Source of the DNA: a virus
Reading direction: 5' to 3' (one strand)
DNA: 64,000 nucleotides
Virus record (IMG/VR): IMGVR_UViG_3300043436_004480
Span: 29,745-93,744 of that record
Numbering within the stretch: the first letter of the stretch is position 1; every line of letters starts with the position of its first letter. Positions 55,374 through 64,000 of the stretch are shown here, piece after piece. The notes beneath the pieces were generated by a model. That model saw nothing but the letters and a program-made list of their open reading frames with translations, ran no database searches and was not told where the DNA came from. A program made the translations under genes and the position numbers.

Positions 55374-55921
55374 AAAACTTCATATTAGGAATAATTATAG
55401 TATTTGCAGTTGGTTTTGGATGTAGTCCAAAGCAAAGATTTGACAGATTGATTAAAAATCATCCATATCTTGTGCAGACAACAGATTCTGTAATCAAAGA
55501 TACTCTGTACAAAATCGAGATTAAAAGTGATACGGTTAAGATAAACGAAGTTGTCCTGTCCTTAGATACGATTTATCAGATTATAGACAAATTGCCGGAA
55601 CAATCTTTTTCTTTTTCTGGGGGAAAGCAAAAAGCCAAAGACAAAATAGCTTTGATTTCTAAATTACAGAAGGATTGTCTGTATTTAAAAGATAGTTTAA
55701 TCTACGAGGACAAATTGTTAAGTATAAAAATGTCAGTAGTAGATAACATAGCTACTTTAAAAATAAATAAGAAACCGCAGTTAGTAAAAACAAAATTAAT
55801 CCCAGAAAAGAAAGAATATATATGGCAGAAAGATGCTATTTTATGGTTTCTCTTTTTTGTAATGGGATTTCTTACTTATCATTTTATAATCTTGTTTTAT
55901 GATAACCGCAAATCAGTTTAA
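55370..55921 (+). CDS. putative unimolecular spanin
   Basis: N-terminal lipoprotein signal (VGFG-C) plus C-terminal TM AILWFLFFVMGFLTYHFIILFY; next to the holin-like genes. Confidence 0.6.
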   Translation: MKNFILGIIIVFAVGFGCSPKQRFDRLIKNHPYLVQTTDSVIKDTLYKIEIKSDTVKINEVVLSLDTIYQIIDKLPEQSFSFSGGKQKAKDKIALISKLQKDCLYLKDSLIYEDKLLSIKMSVVDNIATLKINKKPQLVKTKLIPEKKEYIWQKDAILWFLFFVMGFLTYHFIILFYDNRKSV

Positions 55922-56144
55922 CGACTCAATAAAACTTGCAGACGGATTAAGTAAGACTTTGTTTTTAAACAGAGTAAACGTAATAAATGAGAAGTCTCAA
56001 AAGAATTATGAAGTTGCAATTCAAGATTTCAAAACTGTAAGAGCAGCTTTCAATTATGCTTATCAAAGACAAGATGAGCCAAGATTTTCTCAGTTACAAA
56101 ACTTACTTAATAAACTTCAAAAAGATAACCAAAACTTACTATAA
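55899..56144 (+). CDS. hypothetical protein (81 aa)
   Basis: ORF packed in the operon. Confidence 0.6.
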   Translation: MITANQFNDSIKLADGLSKTLFLNRVNVINEKSQKNYEVAIQDFKTVRAAFNYAYQRQDEPRFSQLQNLLNKLQKDNQNLL

Positions 56145-56992
56145 TGGCAGTATTTAACAAAAAATTTTACAGAGTAAATTCTAACAATCTTGCTCTTACA
56201 CAAACGCCAAACGGAGGAACAGCAAATCAACCTACTGAGGAAATATTTAGTCTTGCTTTAAGAACAGGTACAATCAGTTGCTCCACAAGTAGCACAACTG
56301 TTACTGGATCAGGAACTCAATTTTCTACTCAATTACAAGTAGGACATATACTTCAAGATGCAATTGGAAACAACATAGGAGTTGTAGCTTCAATTACAGC
56401 AGGTAGTGAAACTTCCTTAACATTGGTATCAAGTGCAAAAATTACACTTAACGGAGCTAGATTTGCATCTGGAAATGTAGATGCTGTATTGCCAACAGAT
56501 TCTTTTTTAATGAGAATTGAAGTAATAAAGGCATCAGGAAATACTTCTGTTACAGTTCCTAGTTTATTTCAATTAAGAAGAGGCACATCAGAAGAAGTAC
56601 TAAGTCCTCCTGCATTTACAAATAAATCTTATATTGAATTTTTTGCAGAAGGTGCGTTAGGAATTGGAGATGTTTCGGCTACTCCGGTTTCTTTAGAAGC
56701 AGGTATAGAAAACTACTCAACAGTAAATCTTCCGAATATTGCTTCAACAGCACAACCTTTTCCTTCAATAATTGCCTCTGGTTTAGCTCAGATGACAGTT
56801 GCAAACTTTCCTACATATTGTTGGTATTTAATAAATCCATTCGCAAGAGGAGTTGAAAATTTAGCCACCAACACAAAATACGGATTTGAAATCACAGATG
56901 ATTTACCTGCAATTGTAATTCCTGCTGCAAACATAACTTTGCAAGCAAGTCATTATGATGTAGTAAATCAAACTTATTTCAGAAAATATTAA
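56144..56992 (+). CDS. tail fibre/spike-associated protein
   Basis: GTISCSTSSTTVTGSGTQFSTQLQVG motif typical of tail-fibre N-terminal beta domains. Confidence 0.6.
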   Translation: MAVFNKKFYRVNSNNLALTQTPNGGTANQPTEEIFSLALRTGTISCSTSSTTVTGSGTQFSTQLQVGHILQDAIGNNIGVVASITAGSETSLTLVSSAKITLNGARFASGNVDAVLPTDSFLMRIEVIKASGNTSVTVPSLFQLRRGTSEEVLSPPAFTNKSYIEFFAEGALGIGDVSATPVSLEAGIENYSTVNLPNIASTAQPFPSIIASGLAQMTVANFPTYCWYLINPFARGVENLATNTKYGFEITDDLPAIVIPAANITLQASHYDVVNQTYFRKY

Positions 56993-56995
56993 TTT

Positions 56996-58192
56996 ATGTC
57001 TGTTTCAGCAAGAATAGTACAACTAGAAATTGTACCAAAAGATCAAGCATTAGAAGATGAGCCACGAATTTTAGTCGGTTCATATTCTGCTGCTTCTCCT
57101 GAAATATTTTCGCTGAATGGAGATATTCATAAATTAGGAGATTATCCTTTTGTTCTTGAATTTGAAGATCAAGGCGGAACAAATACATTTTTAAAACTTG
57201 AATTTTTAAATAAGAGAAATTCACCAACTGTAATAGAAACTAGATTTTACGAAGTTGCAGTAGAAGCAGGATTTACAGCTTCAAATACAAAAATTCGTAT
57301 CTTCGCAGAAGATATTGCTATAATTCAGCAAAAAGTTGGTACAATATTTATAAGAATAACTGGCTGTAATAACATACATGGAGCAAGTCCTGCTACTTAT
57401 TATGAATACGAAGTTGACGAAGAACCAACAACAATTTTAGAATATCGTTGGAGAAGATGTAGAAAATTACTATTCGGCACAATAAATAAAAGCAGATTGA
57501 TATTTTCTACTATTGGAAATCTGAAACTCATGTTTTCAACAGTTCAGAAAGAAAGACTGTTGTTTTCTACTCTTGGAAATTTAAAGTTGATGTTTACAAC
57601 TATAAATAAGAGTAGATTAATAATAAGTACACCTCCTGAATTTCCAGTTCTTCAGATACCAATTAAAGCAAAACTTAGTCTTATCTCAGATTCTTCAATA
57701 CTTAGAGTTGAAGATGATAACACCTACAATGTTAGTAGACAAAGAGACGATTTCAAGATTTATACAGTATTACTTAAAAATGAAGAATTTCTTGCAGTAC
57801 GCAATTCAAATAATCCTGATAGTTCAGTTCTTTGGGAATTTAATGTCTCAAATGGAATTTATGAATTGTTTTATATAGTAATTCCAAACGAACTAGAATT
57901 AATAGTAGGAGAAGGAAACGCATATCAAGAAATAATAAAAACTTCTGGGGTTATGTATGTAAAATATACAATTCCAGTTTCTAAAGAAATTCTTTCATGT
58001 CTTGAAGAACTTAACGATCAAGAAATAGAAAGATTACTTGAGGGTTTTACCACTGAACAAAATAGATATATACAAGCAGAGTCTTTATATATCTCAATGT
58101 TGGTTGCAGCAGCAAAAAATGATATGAAAACCACAAAGAAACTAAAATCAATTTTAGAAGGTCTTTGTATAAATTGTGGATGCGGATGTTAA
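56996..58192 (+). CDS. tail hub/fibre-attachment-like protein with 10-aa repeats
   Basis: C-terminal CINCGCGC; repeats at ~57467-57630. Confidence 0.55.
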   Translation: MSVSARIVQLEIVPKDQALEDEPRILVGSYSAASPEIFSLNGDIHKLGDYPFVLEFEDQGGTNTFLKLEFLNKRNSPTVIETRFYEVAVEAGFTASNTKIRIFAEDIAIIQQKVGTIFIRITGCNNIHGASPATYYEYEVDEEPTTILEYRWRRCRKLLFGTINKSRLIFSTIGNLKLMFSTVQKERLLFSTLGNLKLMFTTINKSRLIISTPPEFPVLQIPIKAKLSLISDSSILRVEDDNTYNVSRQRDDFKIYTVLLKNEEFLAVRNSNNPDSSVLWEFNVSNGIYELFYIVIPNELELIVGEGNAYQEIIKTSGVMYVKYTIPVSKEILSCLEELNDQEIERLLEGFTTEQNRYIQAESLYISMLVAAAKNDMKTTKKLKSILEGLCINCGCGC

Positions 58193-58458
58193 GTCAGATA
58201 GAACTGTATCAGAACCAACTTAGAGAAAAGATTTATGATTTCTCTATAAAGATTTCAGAAAATTATTCTTGGGACAGATGCAAAGCATTTATACTTGCAG
58301 TATCTGAAATTGAATATGCATTAAGTATTGTAAATTCAGAAGCATTAGATTTGTCAGATGCAGACAAACAGATATTTCTTTCTTATCTAAGAAATAAATA
58401 TGATGTAGAAATTTCTCAGGTTCAGCCTACTTTTTTTTTTACTTCCATTAGTAGTTGA
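58186..58458 (+). CDS. N-terminal module of a tail-fibre gene, ending just after a T10 tract
   Basis: ATG overlaps the previous stop; T10 at 58431-58440. Confidence 0.6.
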   Translation: MLSQIELYQNQLREKIYDFSIKISENYSWDRCKAFILAVSEIEYALSIVNSEALDLSDADKQIFLSYLRNKYDVEISQVQPTFFFTSISS

Positions 58459-58477
58459 TCAATCTCCATTCGGAGAT

Positions 58478-59452
58478 ATGCGAAAATCTGTATATGATAC
58501 AAATAATAATGGTATTGTAGATAGTGCAGAAAAAGTAGAAGGAATACAAAATGCAGGAGATAGTTATTACTACGGAACAAACTCAGAAGGTACTTCTGGG
58601 TTTTTTCCTATTCCTATTCCAGACATTGATTTATCAGACTATTATACTAAAGAAGAAGTTGATGATCTAATTGACGGAATTGTAATCCCAGAGGTTGCTT
58701 TTTCTCCTACGGAAGATCCTACAACAATTACAGTAGGAGCATTAAATAGTGGTTATGTTTTAGCAAATAAAACTATAATTGAAGTTTTAAAAGCAATGTT
58801 GCAACCTTTTGTAAATCCTAATGCAGCCGTTAGTTTTGTAAGTATGACACTTGCAGATCAAGTCAATTTTGCAAAATCCGGATTGAATTTTGAAAAAGGT
58901 GCGCAGATTACTCAATTAGTATTTAATTACAATGCTTACCCAAATAGTGATACACACTTAGGAGCAACAGTAGTAAACATTCCGAATTTAACACAAATAA
59001 ATATTAGTTCTGGAACTACATCTACTACTGTAACTTGTAATTTTTCAACTAATATAATTTCCACATCAAATAGAGTTGTAACAATAACAACGGATTGGCA
59101 AACAACAGCAAATGAAACAGATACCTTAACAATGATTCCAGTTTCTCCAGTTTATTTTGGATCAGGTTCAGTTGGTGCAGATGTAACTACATTAGGAAAA
59201 GCAAATTTGTTAGCCTCAAAATCAAGAACAAACCTTGCATTTAATGCCAGCAATAATAGATACATATATGCCTATCCAAAAAGTTATGATGTTTTAACAT
59301 CCATTATAGACAATAATAATTTTAATGTGTTTTCTAATTTTACTAGAAGTGAACAAACTATAAATTTTGCAGATGGAACCAGTGAAGTTTATTATGTTTA
59401 CACATTTAATTCAAATTCAATTCCGGGAGCAGTAACTTTTACTTTCAATTAA
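58478..59452 (+). CDS. tail fibre protein (likely joined to 58186 by a +1 shift)
   Basis: (GD)MRKSVYDTNNNGIVDSAE, DLSDYYTKEEVD and YIYAYPKSY...SIIDNNNF motifs. Confidence 0.7.
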   Translation: MRKSVYDTNNNGIVDSAEKVEGIQNAGDSYYYGTNSEGTSGFFPIPIPDIDLSDYYTKEEVDDLIDGIVIPEVAFSPTEDPTTITVGALNSGYVLANKTIIEVLKAMLQPFVNPNAAVSFVSMTLADQVNFAKSGLNFEKGAQITQLVFNYNAYPNSDTHLGATVVNIPNLTQINISSGTTSTTVTCNFSTNIISTSNRVVTITTDWQTTANETDTLTMIPVSPVYFGSGSVGADVTTLGKANLLASKSRTNLAFNASNNRYIYAYPKSYDVLTSIIDNNNFNVFSNFTRSEQTINFADGTSEVYYVYTFNSNSIPGAVTFTFN

Positions 59453-59453
59453 C

Positions 59454-60419
59454 ATGTCATTTGTAAACACACCAGTTGGATTTAACAGACTCGGAAATTT
59501 TCCACTTGATAAAGATACACAAGTGGCAGATATTACTGCTAGAAATGCACTTCCTTCTGGTTCAAGATATATAGGACAGGATTGTTACGTTCTTTCCGAA
59601 AACAAACCCTACAAATTAATTGGTGGGATTACAAATGCTCATTGGGTAGATATGAGCGATTATTACAAAAAATCAGAAGTAAATGCACTAATTTCAGATC
59701 TTACGAATGTAAATAATAATGTTTGGCAACAATCATTTTTTGATAGATCTGGTTTTGGTTTAAGTGCTTCTGGTACAGGTTCTAGCGCAAATATTCCACA
59801 AATAAATGAAGCAGTTGCATATACTCCTGCACAAGGAATTGTGTTATTAAGAAGTGGAACAGCTTCAAATGGGAGTTCTAGCATAAGAAGAGATAGCACA
59901 AACGGAGTTGCTTATCAATATTATTTTGATAATGCCTATTTTAAATTTGATACTTGGGTTAGATTTTCTGAAATACCAACCGCATCCAAAGTTTTTACAT
60001 TTCTTAAAAGTTTTCATAATACAACAGGGCCGGGAACAGATAGACGTATTGCAATTACAATGGAATGGAATGCAACGATTAGTCCTAACCGAGCAGTCTT
60101 TGCAATAAGAACAAATACCAATAATTTAACTACTTATACTGCTATTGCAGACACAACTGCAAATCCACTATTCATTCCTACTGCAAACATTTGGTATAAA
60201 CTCAGTCTTGAAATAAATAAATCCACAAACACTTATAATTTTTACATAAATAATATTTTGGCAGCTTCACTAAATGGAGTTGATGTAACTCCAATAACTG
60301 CATACTATGGTTTATTTATAGGTCTTCTTAACACAAGCGGAACATTTACAACTCCGGTTACAGTTGCGATTGATCATTACAAAGAAACGATAATTCCTAG
60401 TTCACCACAAATTATCTAA
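59454..60419 (+). CDS. tail fibre/receptor-binding protein with a lectin-like (LamG/ConA-type) C-terminus
   Basis: GFNRLGNFPLD...RYIGQDCYV N-terminal module; NIWYKLSLEI...FYINN. Confidence 0.6.
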   Translation: MSFVNTPVGFNRLGNFPLDKDTQVADITARNALPSGSRYIGQDCYVLSENKPYKLIGGITNAHWVDMSDYYKKSEVNALISDLTNVNNNVWQQSFFDRSGFGLSASGTGSSANIPQINEAVAYTPAQGIVLLRSGTASNGSSSIRRDSTNGVAYQYYFDNAYFKFDTWVRFSEIPTASKVFTFLKSFHNTTGPGTDRRIAITMEWNATISPNRAVFAIRTNTNNLTTYTAIADTTANPLFIPTANIWYKLSLEINKSTNTYNFYINNILAASLNGVDVTPITAYYGLFIGLLNTSGTFTTPVTVAIDHYKETIIPSSPQII

Positions 60420-60422
60420 ACT

Positions 60423-60587
60423 ATGCCACAAGAAGAACAAACTGAATTTGTACATCTTAATTCATCTAGAGTATACCTAGCAAATCGCATTCTTAAAAAA
60501 GAAGAGATAGAAGATTTGCAGAAAGAATCAATTGAAACTCTAGATAATGAATTTTTATATATAAAAACAATAACCCTTTCTGAATAA
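60423..60587 (+). CDS. small acidic protein (54 aa), not in the ORF track
   Basis: MPQEEQTEF...TLSE* fills the gap between the fibre and amidase genes. Confidence 0.55.
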   Translation: MPQEEQTEFVHLNSSRVYLANRILKKEEIEDLQKESIETLDNEFLYIKTITLSE

Positions 60588-60592
60588 AAACT

Positions 60593-61135
60593 ATGAAAAG
60601 ATTATTTATTGAAGCTGGTCATAATAACAGCGATCCCGGTGCCATTGGCAACGGTTACAAAGAAGCAGATTTGACTAAAGAACTTCGTGATTTAATTATT
60701 GCGGATCTTAGAAAATCTGGATTTACAGGAACTATTGTTGCCGACTTAGATAACAATTCACTTGCTCAAACTTTACAAAGATTTAGTTCTGACAAAGACG
60801 ATTTAGTTTTAAGTCTTCATTTCAATGCAGCAGGTGTTGCATCTGCAACTGGTCTGGAAGTAATCATTGATGATACCCCAGAAAAGAAAGAAAATGAAAT
60901 GGCTGCCGAAATTGCAAGAGTTTGCGCTCTTGAATTAGGCATTCGTAATCGTGGAGTTAAATCTGAATTGCAAACTGCAAGAAAACGAATTGGCATTCTG
61001 AATATTCAAGGAGTTGCACTTCTTTTGGAGGTTGCTTTTATTTCTAATCCTGACGATATGAAAGCATATCAGAAAAGAAAAGGAAATATGGTAAAAGCAT
61101 TATCTACTATTCTTCGGGAATACTTAATGTCTTAG
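60593..61135 (+). CDS. endolysin, N-acetylmuramoyl-L-alanine amidase (Amidase_3)
   Basis: IEAGH, E(ADLT), SLHFNA and LLEVAFISN zinc/catalytic motifs. Confidence 0.92.
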   Translation: MKRLFIEAGHNNSDPGAIGNGYKEADLTKELRDLIIADLRKSGFTGTIVADLDNNSLAQTLQRFSSDKDDLVLSLHFNAAGVASATGLEVIIDDTPEKKENEMAAEIARVCALELGIRNRGVKSELQTARKRIGILNIQGVALLLEVAFISNPDDMKAYQKRKGNMVKALSTILREYLMS

Positions 61136-61140
61136 AAAAG

Positions 61141-61165
61141 AAGCCTCCTTAATCGGAGGCTTTTT
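61141..61165. terminator. bidirectional terminator at the convergence point
   Basis: AAGCCTCC-TTAATC-GGAGGCTT with A- and T-rich flanks. Confidence 0.75.
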
Positions 61166-61397
61166 GATGTTTTGTAAATTCTTCTGGAAGAGAGTTGTAA
61201 ACTTCTTCTTTGAGGTAGAACTTAAAATCCGAATTGTATTTTGTAAGATCGTCGAGATCAAACATTGGACTTTCAAATTCCCAAGTTCCACTTTTTATAA
61301 GGTGATTTGTTTTAGGTCTAAATTCAATTAACCACCGCATCTGGATGTCATTTATCTCTTTCCAACCAGAAGTATCTTTTCTGTATATTATTCCCAT
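61149..61397 (-). CDS. hypothetical protein
   Basis: ORF track. Confidence 0.6.
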   Translation of the reverse strand: MGIIYRKDTSGWKEINDIQMRWLIEFRPKTNHLIKSGTWEFESPMFDLDDLTKYNSDFKFYLKEEVYNSLPEEFTKHQKASD

Positions 61398-61702
61398 TTG
61401 AATTCAACTTTAAGTTCAGGTAAATCATGTTTTGGTACGTCTGCAAGTAAGAGTTCCACATTCTTTTTTACATACTTGACACTATCTGCAAAACCAAAGA
61501 GTTTATAAACGCCCGGAAGACCAGAAAAGATTTCGATTTTCCAGCCTGTTTGTAGAGAGTATATTGATTTATTTTCTTCAATGCTCTTTTCGAATTCTTT
61601 TCTTGGTTCTGTACAATAAGTAACTCGTACTTCATATCTTAAAAACTTGTAAGTATTTATACAGTTTTTATCTGGTTCTTTGAGAGTTAATACTTTTACC
61701 AT
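61388..61702 (-). CDS. hypothetical protein
   Basis: ORF track. Confidence 0.6.
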   Translation of the reverse strand: MVKVLTLKEPDKNCINTYKFLRYEVRVTYCTEPRKEFEKSIEENKSIYSLQTGWKIEIFSGLPGVYKLFGFADSVKYVKKNVELLLADVPKHDLPELKVEFKWE

Positions 61703-61707
61703 GATTT

Positions 61708-62580
61708 CTAAAAACTACTGTCTTCTGGTTTGTCTTCGATTATTGAAACAACAAGGTTAAGCTTATTTCTTAACTTCTCAACCTCTTCATCCTTTTCAGA
61801 AAGTTCGTTTGTAAGACGATTTATCGTTTTGTATGCAGTTTCCAATTCTGCATTTTTTGATGAAGTATAACTCTTAGGAAAACTTCGAAAAGGTTCTCTG
61901 AATTCTTCTGGAAATTGATAATACTTTTCAACATCCATTTCTATTGTGTTAGTATCCAGATCGTCAGAAATAAATCTTCCCTTTGAAGAAACCTCTTGAC
62001 CATTTAGAAAATACTCAACCATTTCGTGTTTTTTGACAGCTTTTAACCAATTTGTATTATCTCGGTTAAGCTTTATTCTTTTCCCAGTTTCAAGATTTTT
62101 AAATTCTTGAGGAAGTGCTTCGTAAACCTCAGTTAGTATTTCATATACAACCTTTCTGTTAGTTCTTGCTTGCTGATAATCTACAAGTGAAAAACTCATA
62201 TATTCTTTACCATCACACCAATGTTTATTTACAACAGGATTTGTTGGTTGAGTTCGCATAATCCAATCAATTTGAGGGAAGTTTACACGAGTCAGCTTAT
62301 TCTTTTCTTTTTCTGGGATTTCACTAATAAGTCTTCTTCTTTGATCATCAAGCTTTTCAGCTCTTTTTAAGTTTGATTTATGTCTTTCTTCAACCATTTC
62401 TAATGGGCCAGTTCTAAATTCATAAGAATTCAAATCTGCTGTTTTATGTTCTTCATATCTACCAAAATTTTCCATTACGTGTTTGTAATATCCTTTTGAT
62501 ATGTAATCTAAACCGTTATAAATTCCTGTATTAAATGGAAAACTTGCTATTTTCCAAAGAGGCTGTTTTTCTGTATTCAT
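61708..62580 (-). CDS. hypothetical protein with a C-terminal coiled coil
   Basis: ORF; TAAATT-ATG context. Confidence 0.7.
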   Translation of the reverse strand: MNTEKQPLWKIASFPFNTGIYNGLDYISKGYYKHVMENFGRYEEHKTADLNSYEFRTGPLEMVEERHKSNLKRAEKLDDQRRRLISEIPEKEKNKLTRVNFPQIDWIMRTQPTNPVVNKHWCDGKEYMSFSLVDYQQARTNRKVVYEILTEVYEALPQEFKNLETGKRIKLNRDNTNWLKAVKKHEMVEYFLNGQEVSSKGRFISDDLDTNTIEMDVEKYYQFPEEFREPFRSFPKSYTSSKNAELETAYKTINRLTNELSEKDEEVEKLRNKLNLVVSIIEDKPEDSSF

Positions 62581-62641
62581 AATTTATTTTTTTTAAAATG
62601 GCTCTGTTTCCAGAGCCAGTCTATCTGTCTCCCCGAAAATT

Positions 62642-62956
62642 TCAATACGGGAATATCTTTCCGTTATACCCACCTCTATATACTCTTATCTGGAAAGACT
62701 CATTATCATTTAGCTTACCTAACGAGCCATCTAATTTTCTGTACTTGACAGAATTAACAAAGTCCTTTTTGTCTAGTGAATAAGGAGTATCCATCCATAC
62801 GGACTTAACTTCAATTCTTCCCTCAGTTTTACTTTCCGTATCTGAGCTCCAATAATGAATGAATATTCTATCTCCATTATTAGGCCTTTTTTCAAGAGAA
62901 GTATCTTCACAACCACACAGTAATATGCAAAGTAGTAAAATTAGTAACTTTCCCAT
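62642..62956 (-). CDS. putative lipoprotein
   Basis: MGKLLILLLCILLCG-C signal peptide II. Confidence 0.6.
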   Translation of the reverse strand: MGKLLILLLCILLCGCEDTSLEKRPNNGDRIFIHYWSSDTESKTEGRIEVKSVWMDTPYSLDKKDFVNSVKYRKLDGSLGKLNDNESFQIRVYRGGYNGKIFPY

Positions 62957-62957
62957 C

Positions 62958-64000
62958 TTACTTGAGTAGACCAGTTGAAAGTTCTGCATTTATTGCAGGT
63001 TGTGGATTGTAGTTTTTTAGTTCAAAACAACTAAATGGAAGATTCCCATAATCATTTTTATCTAGAACTTCAATTACTCTATTTTGAGTAAAATTAAGTC
63101 TCAATTGCGTATTACTGTCTTTGTGAGTTATAGATCTGTTTATAACTTCACTTGCTTGAGCAAAATGATTTTCGTAAAGATGAACGTCTCCAAAACTATG
63201 AATAAATTCACCAGATGCGAAATTTAAAAGTCTGCATAAAATCTCTGTTAATAAAGCATAAGATGCAATATTATAAGGAACTCCTAAAAAAGCATCGGCA
63301 CTTCTTTGATACATACTACAATCTAAATAATATTTAGGTGCGTATGTATCTACTAGATCTTTTGTTCTCTTTTGATCAGCTATTAACTCGTCTTCAGAAG
63401 AAGAGTAATATTTTATTACCCAGTTTGTTCTTTGTTCTTCTGTCATAGGTCTGCAATTGAACTGAACAAGTGCATGGCACCAATAAAGTGCAAGTTTGTT
63501 CTGATACTGAGGAGCAACAGAAGTCAAAATATGTCTTCTGCTTTCTGGAGTTTCAGAAAGACTTTTCACAAGATTTTTGATTTGATCTACACCATCCAAA
63601 TCTCTCCAAACTTTTCCATATTGATAACCACAATCACCAAGTCTGTAAAAAGTTTCAATTGCTTCTGGGCGAATATAATGAACAGGAAGTTTATCAAACT
63701 CCGTTTTCTTTATTGCATCAACAAATTCTGCAAAAGAGTAATCCTGTCTTGCTTTCTTTGTTTGTAAGCCAGATTCTCGAAGTTTTATGTAATAATTGTA
63801 AGCATCTTCATTCCAGATGTTACAACCATTATCAACCAAAAACTTGATATTGGTGTCACCATTTAAAAACCATAGAAGTTCTGCAACTATGTTTTTAAAT
63901 GATAACTTTCTTAATTCAAGAAGTGGAAATCTTTCTTGAAGATCAAATCTCATCTGATAACCGAATAAAGATTTTGTAGCAGGCATATTTGCTCTCGCTG
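62958..64000 (-). CDS. thyA: thymidylate synthase (5' end outside the window)
   Basis: ELLWFLNG, IWNE, YG..WR, SRRHI, catalytic WCH, YQRSADAFLGVPYNIASY, GDVHLYENH; frame open to the window edge. Confidence 0.95.
   Translation of the reverse strand, partial: ARANMPATKSLFGYQMRFDLQERFPLLELRKLSFKNIVAELLWFLNGDTNIKFLVDNGCNIWNEDAYNYYIKLRESGLQTKKARQDYSFAEFVDAIKKTEFDKLPVHYIRPEAIETFYRLGDCGYQYGKVWRDLDGVDQIKNLVKSLSETPESRRHILTSVAPQYQNKLALYWCHALVQFNCRPMTEEQRTNWVIKYYSSSEDELIADQKRTKDLVDTYAPKYYLDCSMYQRSADAFLGVPYNIASYALLTEILCRLLNFASGEFIHSFGDVHLYENHFAQASEVINRSITHKDSNTQLRLNFTQNRVIEVLDKNDYGNLPFSCFELKNYNPQPAINAELSTGLLK

Noticed and set aside
13076-60108. Many short antisense or out-of-frame ORFs within structural genes
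   Set aside because: Shadow ORFs expected from codon bias; no start context or recognisable motifs
56144-60419. Diversity-generating retroelement or invertible tail-fibre cassette
   Set aside because: No reverse transcriptase, invertase, template/variable repeat pair or flanking inverted repeats visible in the window
1-64000. Stop-codon recoding (TAG or TGA), as in some crAss-like phages
   Set aside because: Large genes are intact under code 11, TAG and TGA end normal genes (e.g. the amidase ends in TAG), and no suppressor tRNA was seen

Overview
This is a 64-kb, AT-rich segment of a crAss-like (Crassvirales-type) podophage with a probable Bacteroidota host. The host call rests on TTTG-N19/20-TAnnTTTG promoters, SD-less AAAATT-ATG starts and a Bacteroidota-style tmRNA 5' end. 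There are three blocks. (1) 1-12.9 kb, minus strand: small accessory/early genes with unusually dense structured non-coding RNA. (2) 13.0-61.1 kb, plus strand: PD-(D/E)xK nuclease, TerL, portal, major capsid, ring/muzzle proteins, cargo proteins, a ~4600-aa virion RNA polymerase, lysis genes, tail fibres and an amidase. (3) 61.1-64 kb, minus strand: the end of a nucleotide-metabolism block, with thyA truncated by the window edge. The most striking signals are non-coding and lie at 5.6-10.7 kb. They are a circularly permuted (two-piece) tmRNA with tag GKSVPMFSRVAVAA*; tRNA-elbow mimics lacking a normal anticodon arm, two of which sit exactly 2 nt downstream of a conserved, covarying H-type pseudoknot at gene-block 3' ends (possibly analogous to MALAT1/mascRNA-type 3'-end processing); a second covarying pseudoknot family just upstream of four consecutive AUGs; and three tandem hairpins with near-identical loops. 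Also notable are a T10 tract that appears to frameshift or phase-vary a tail gene, and a cargo protein built from modules delimited by [YF]xxG[GT] motifs. All structures were folded by eye and no database searches were run, so novelty is unverified.
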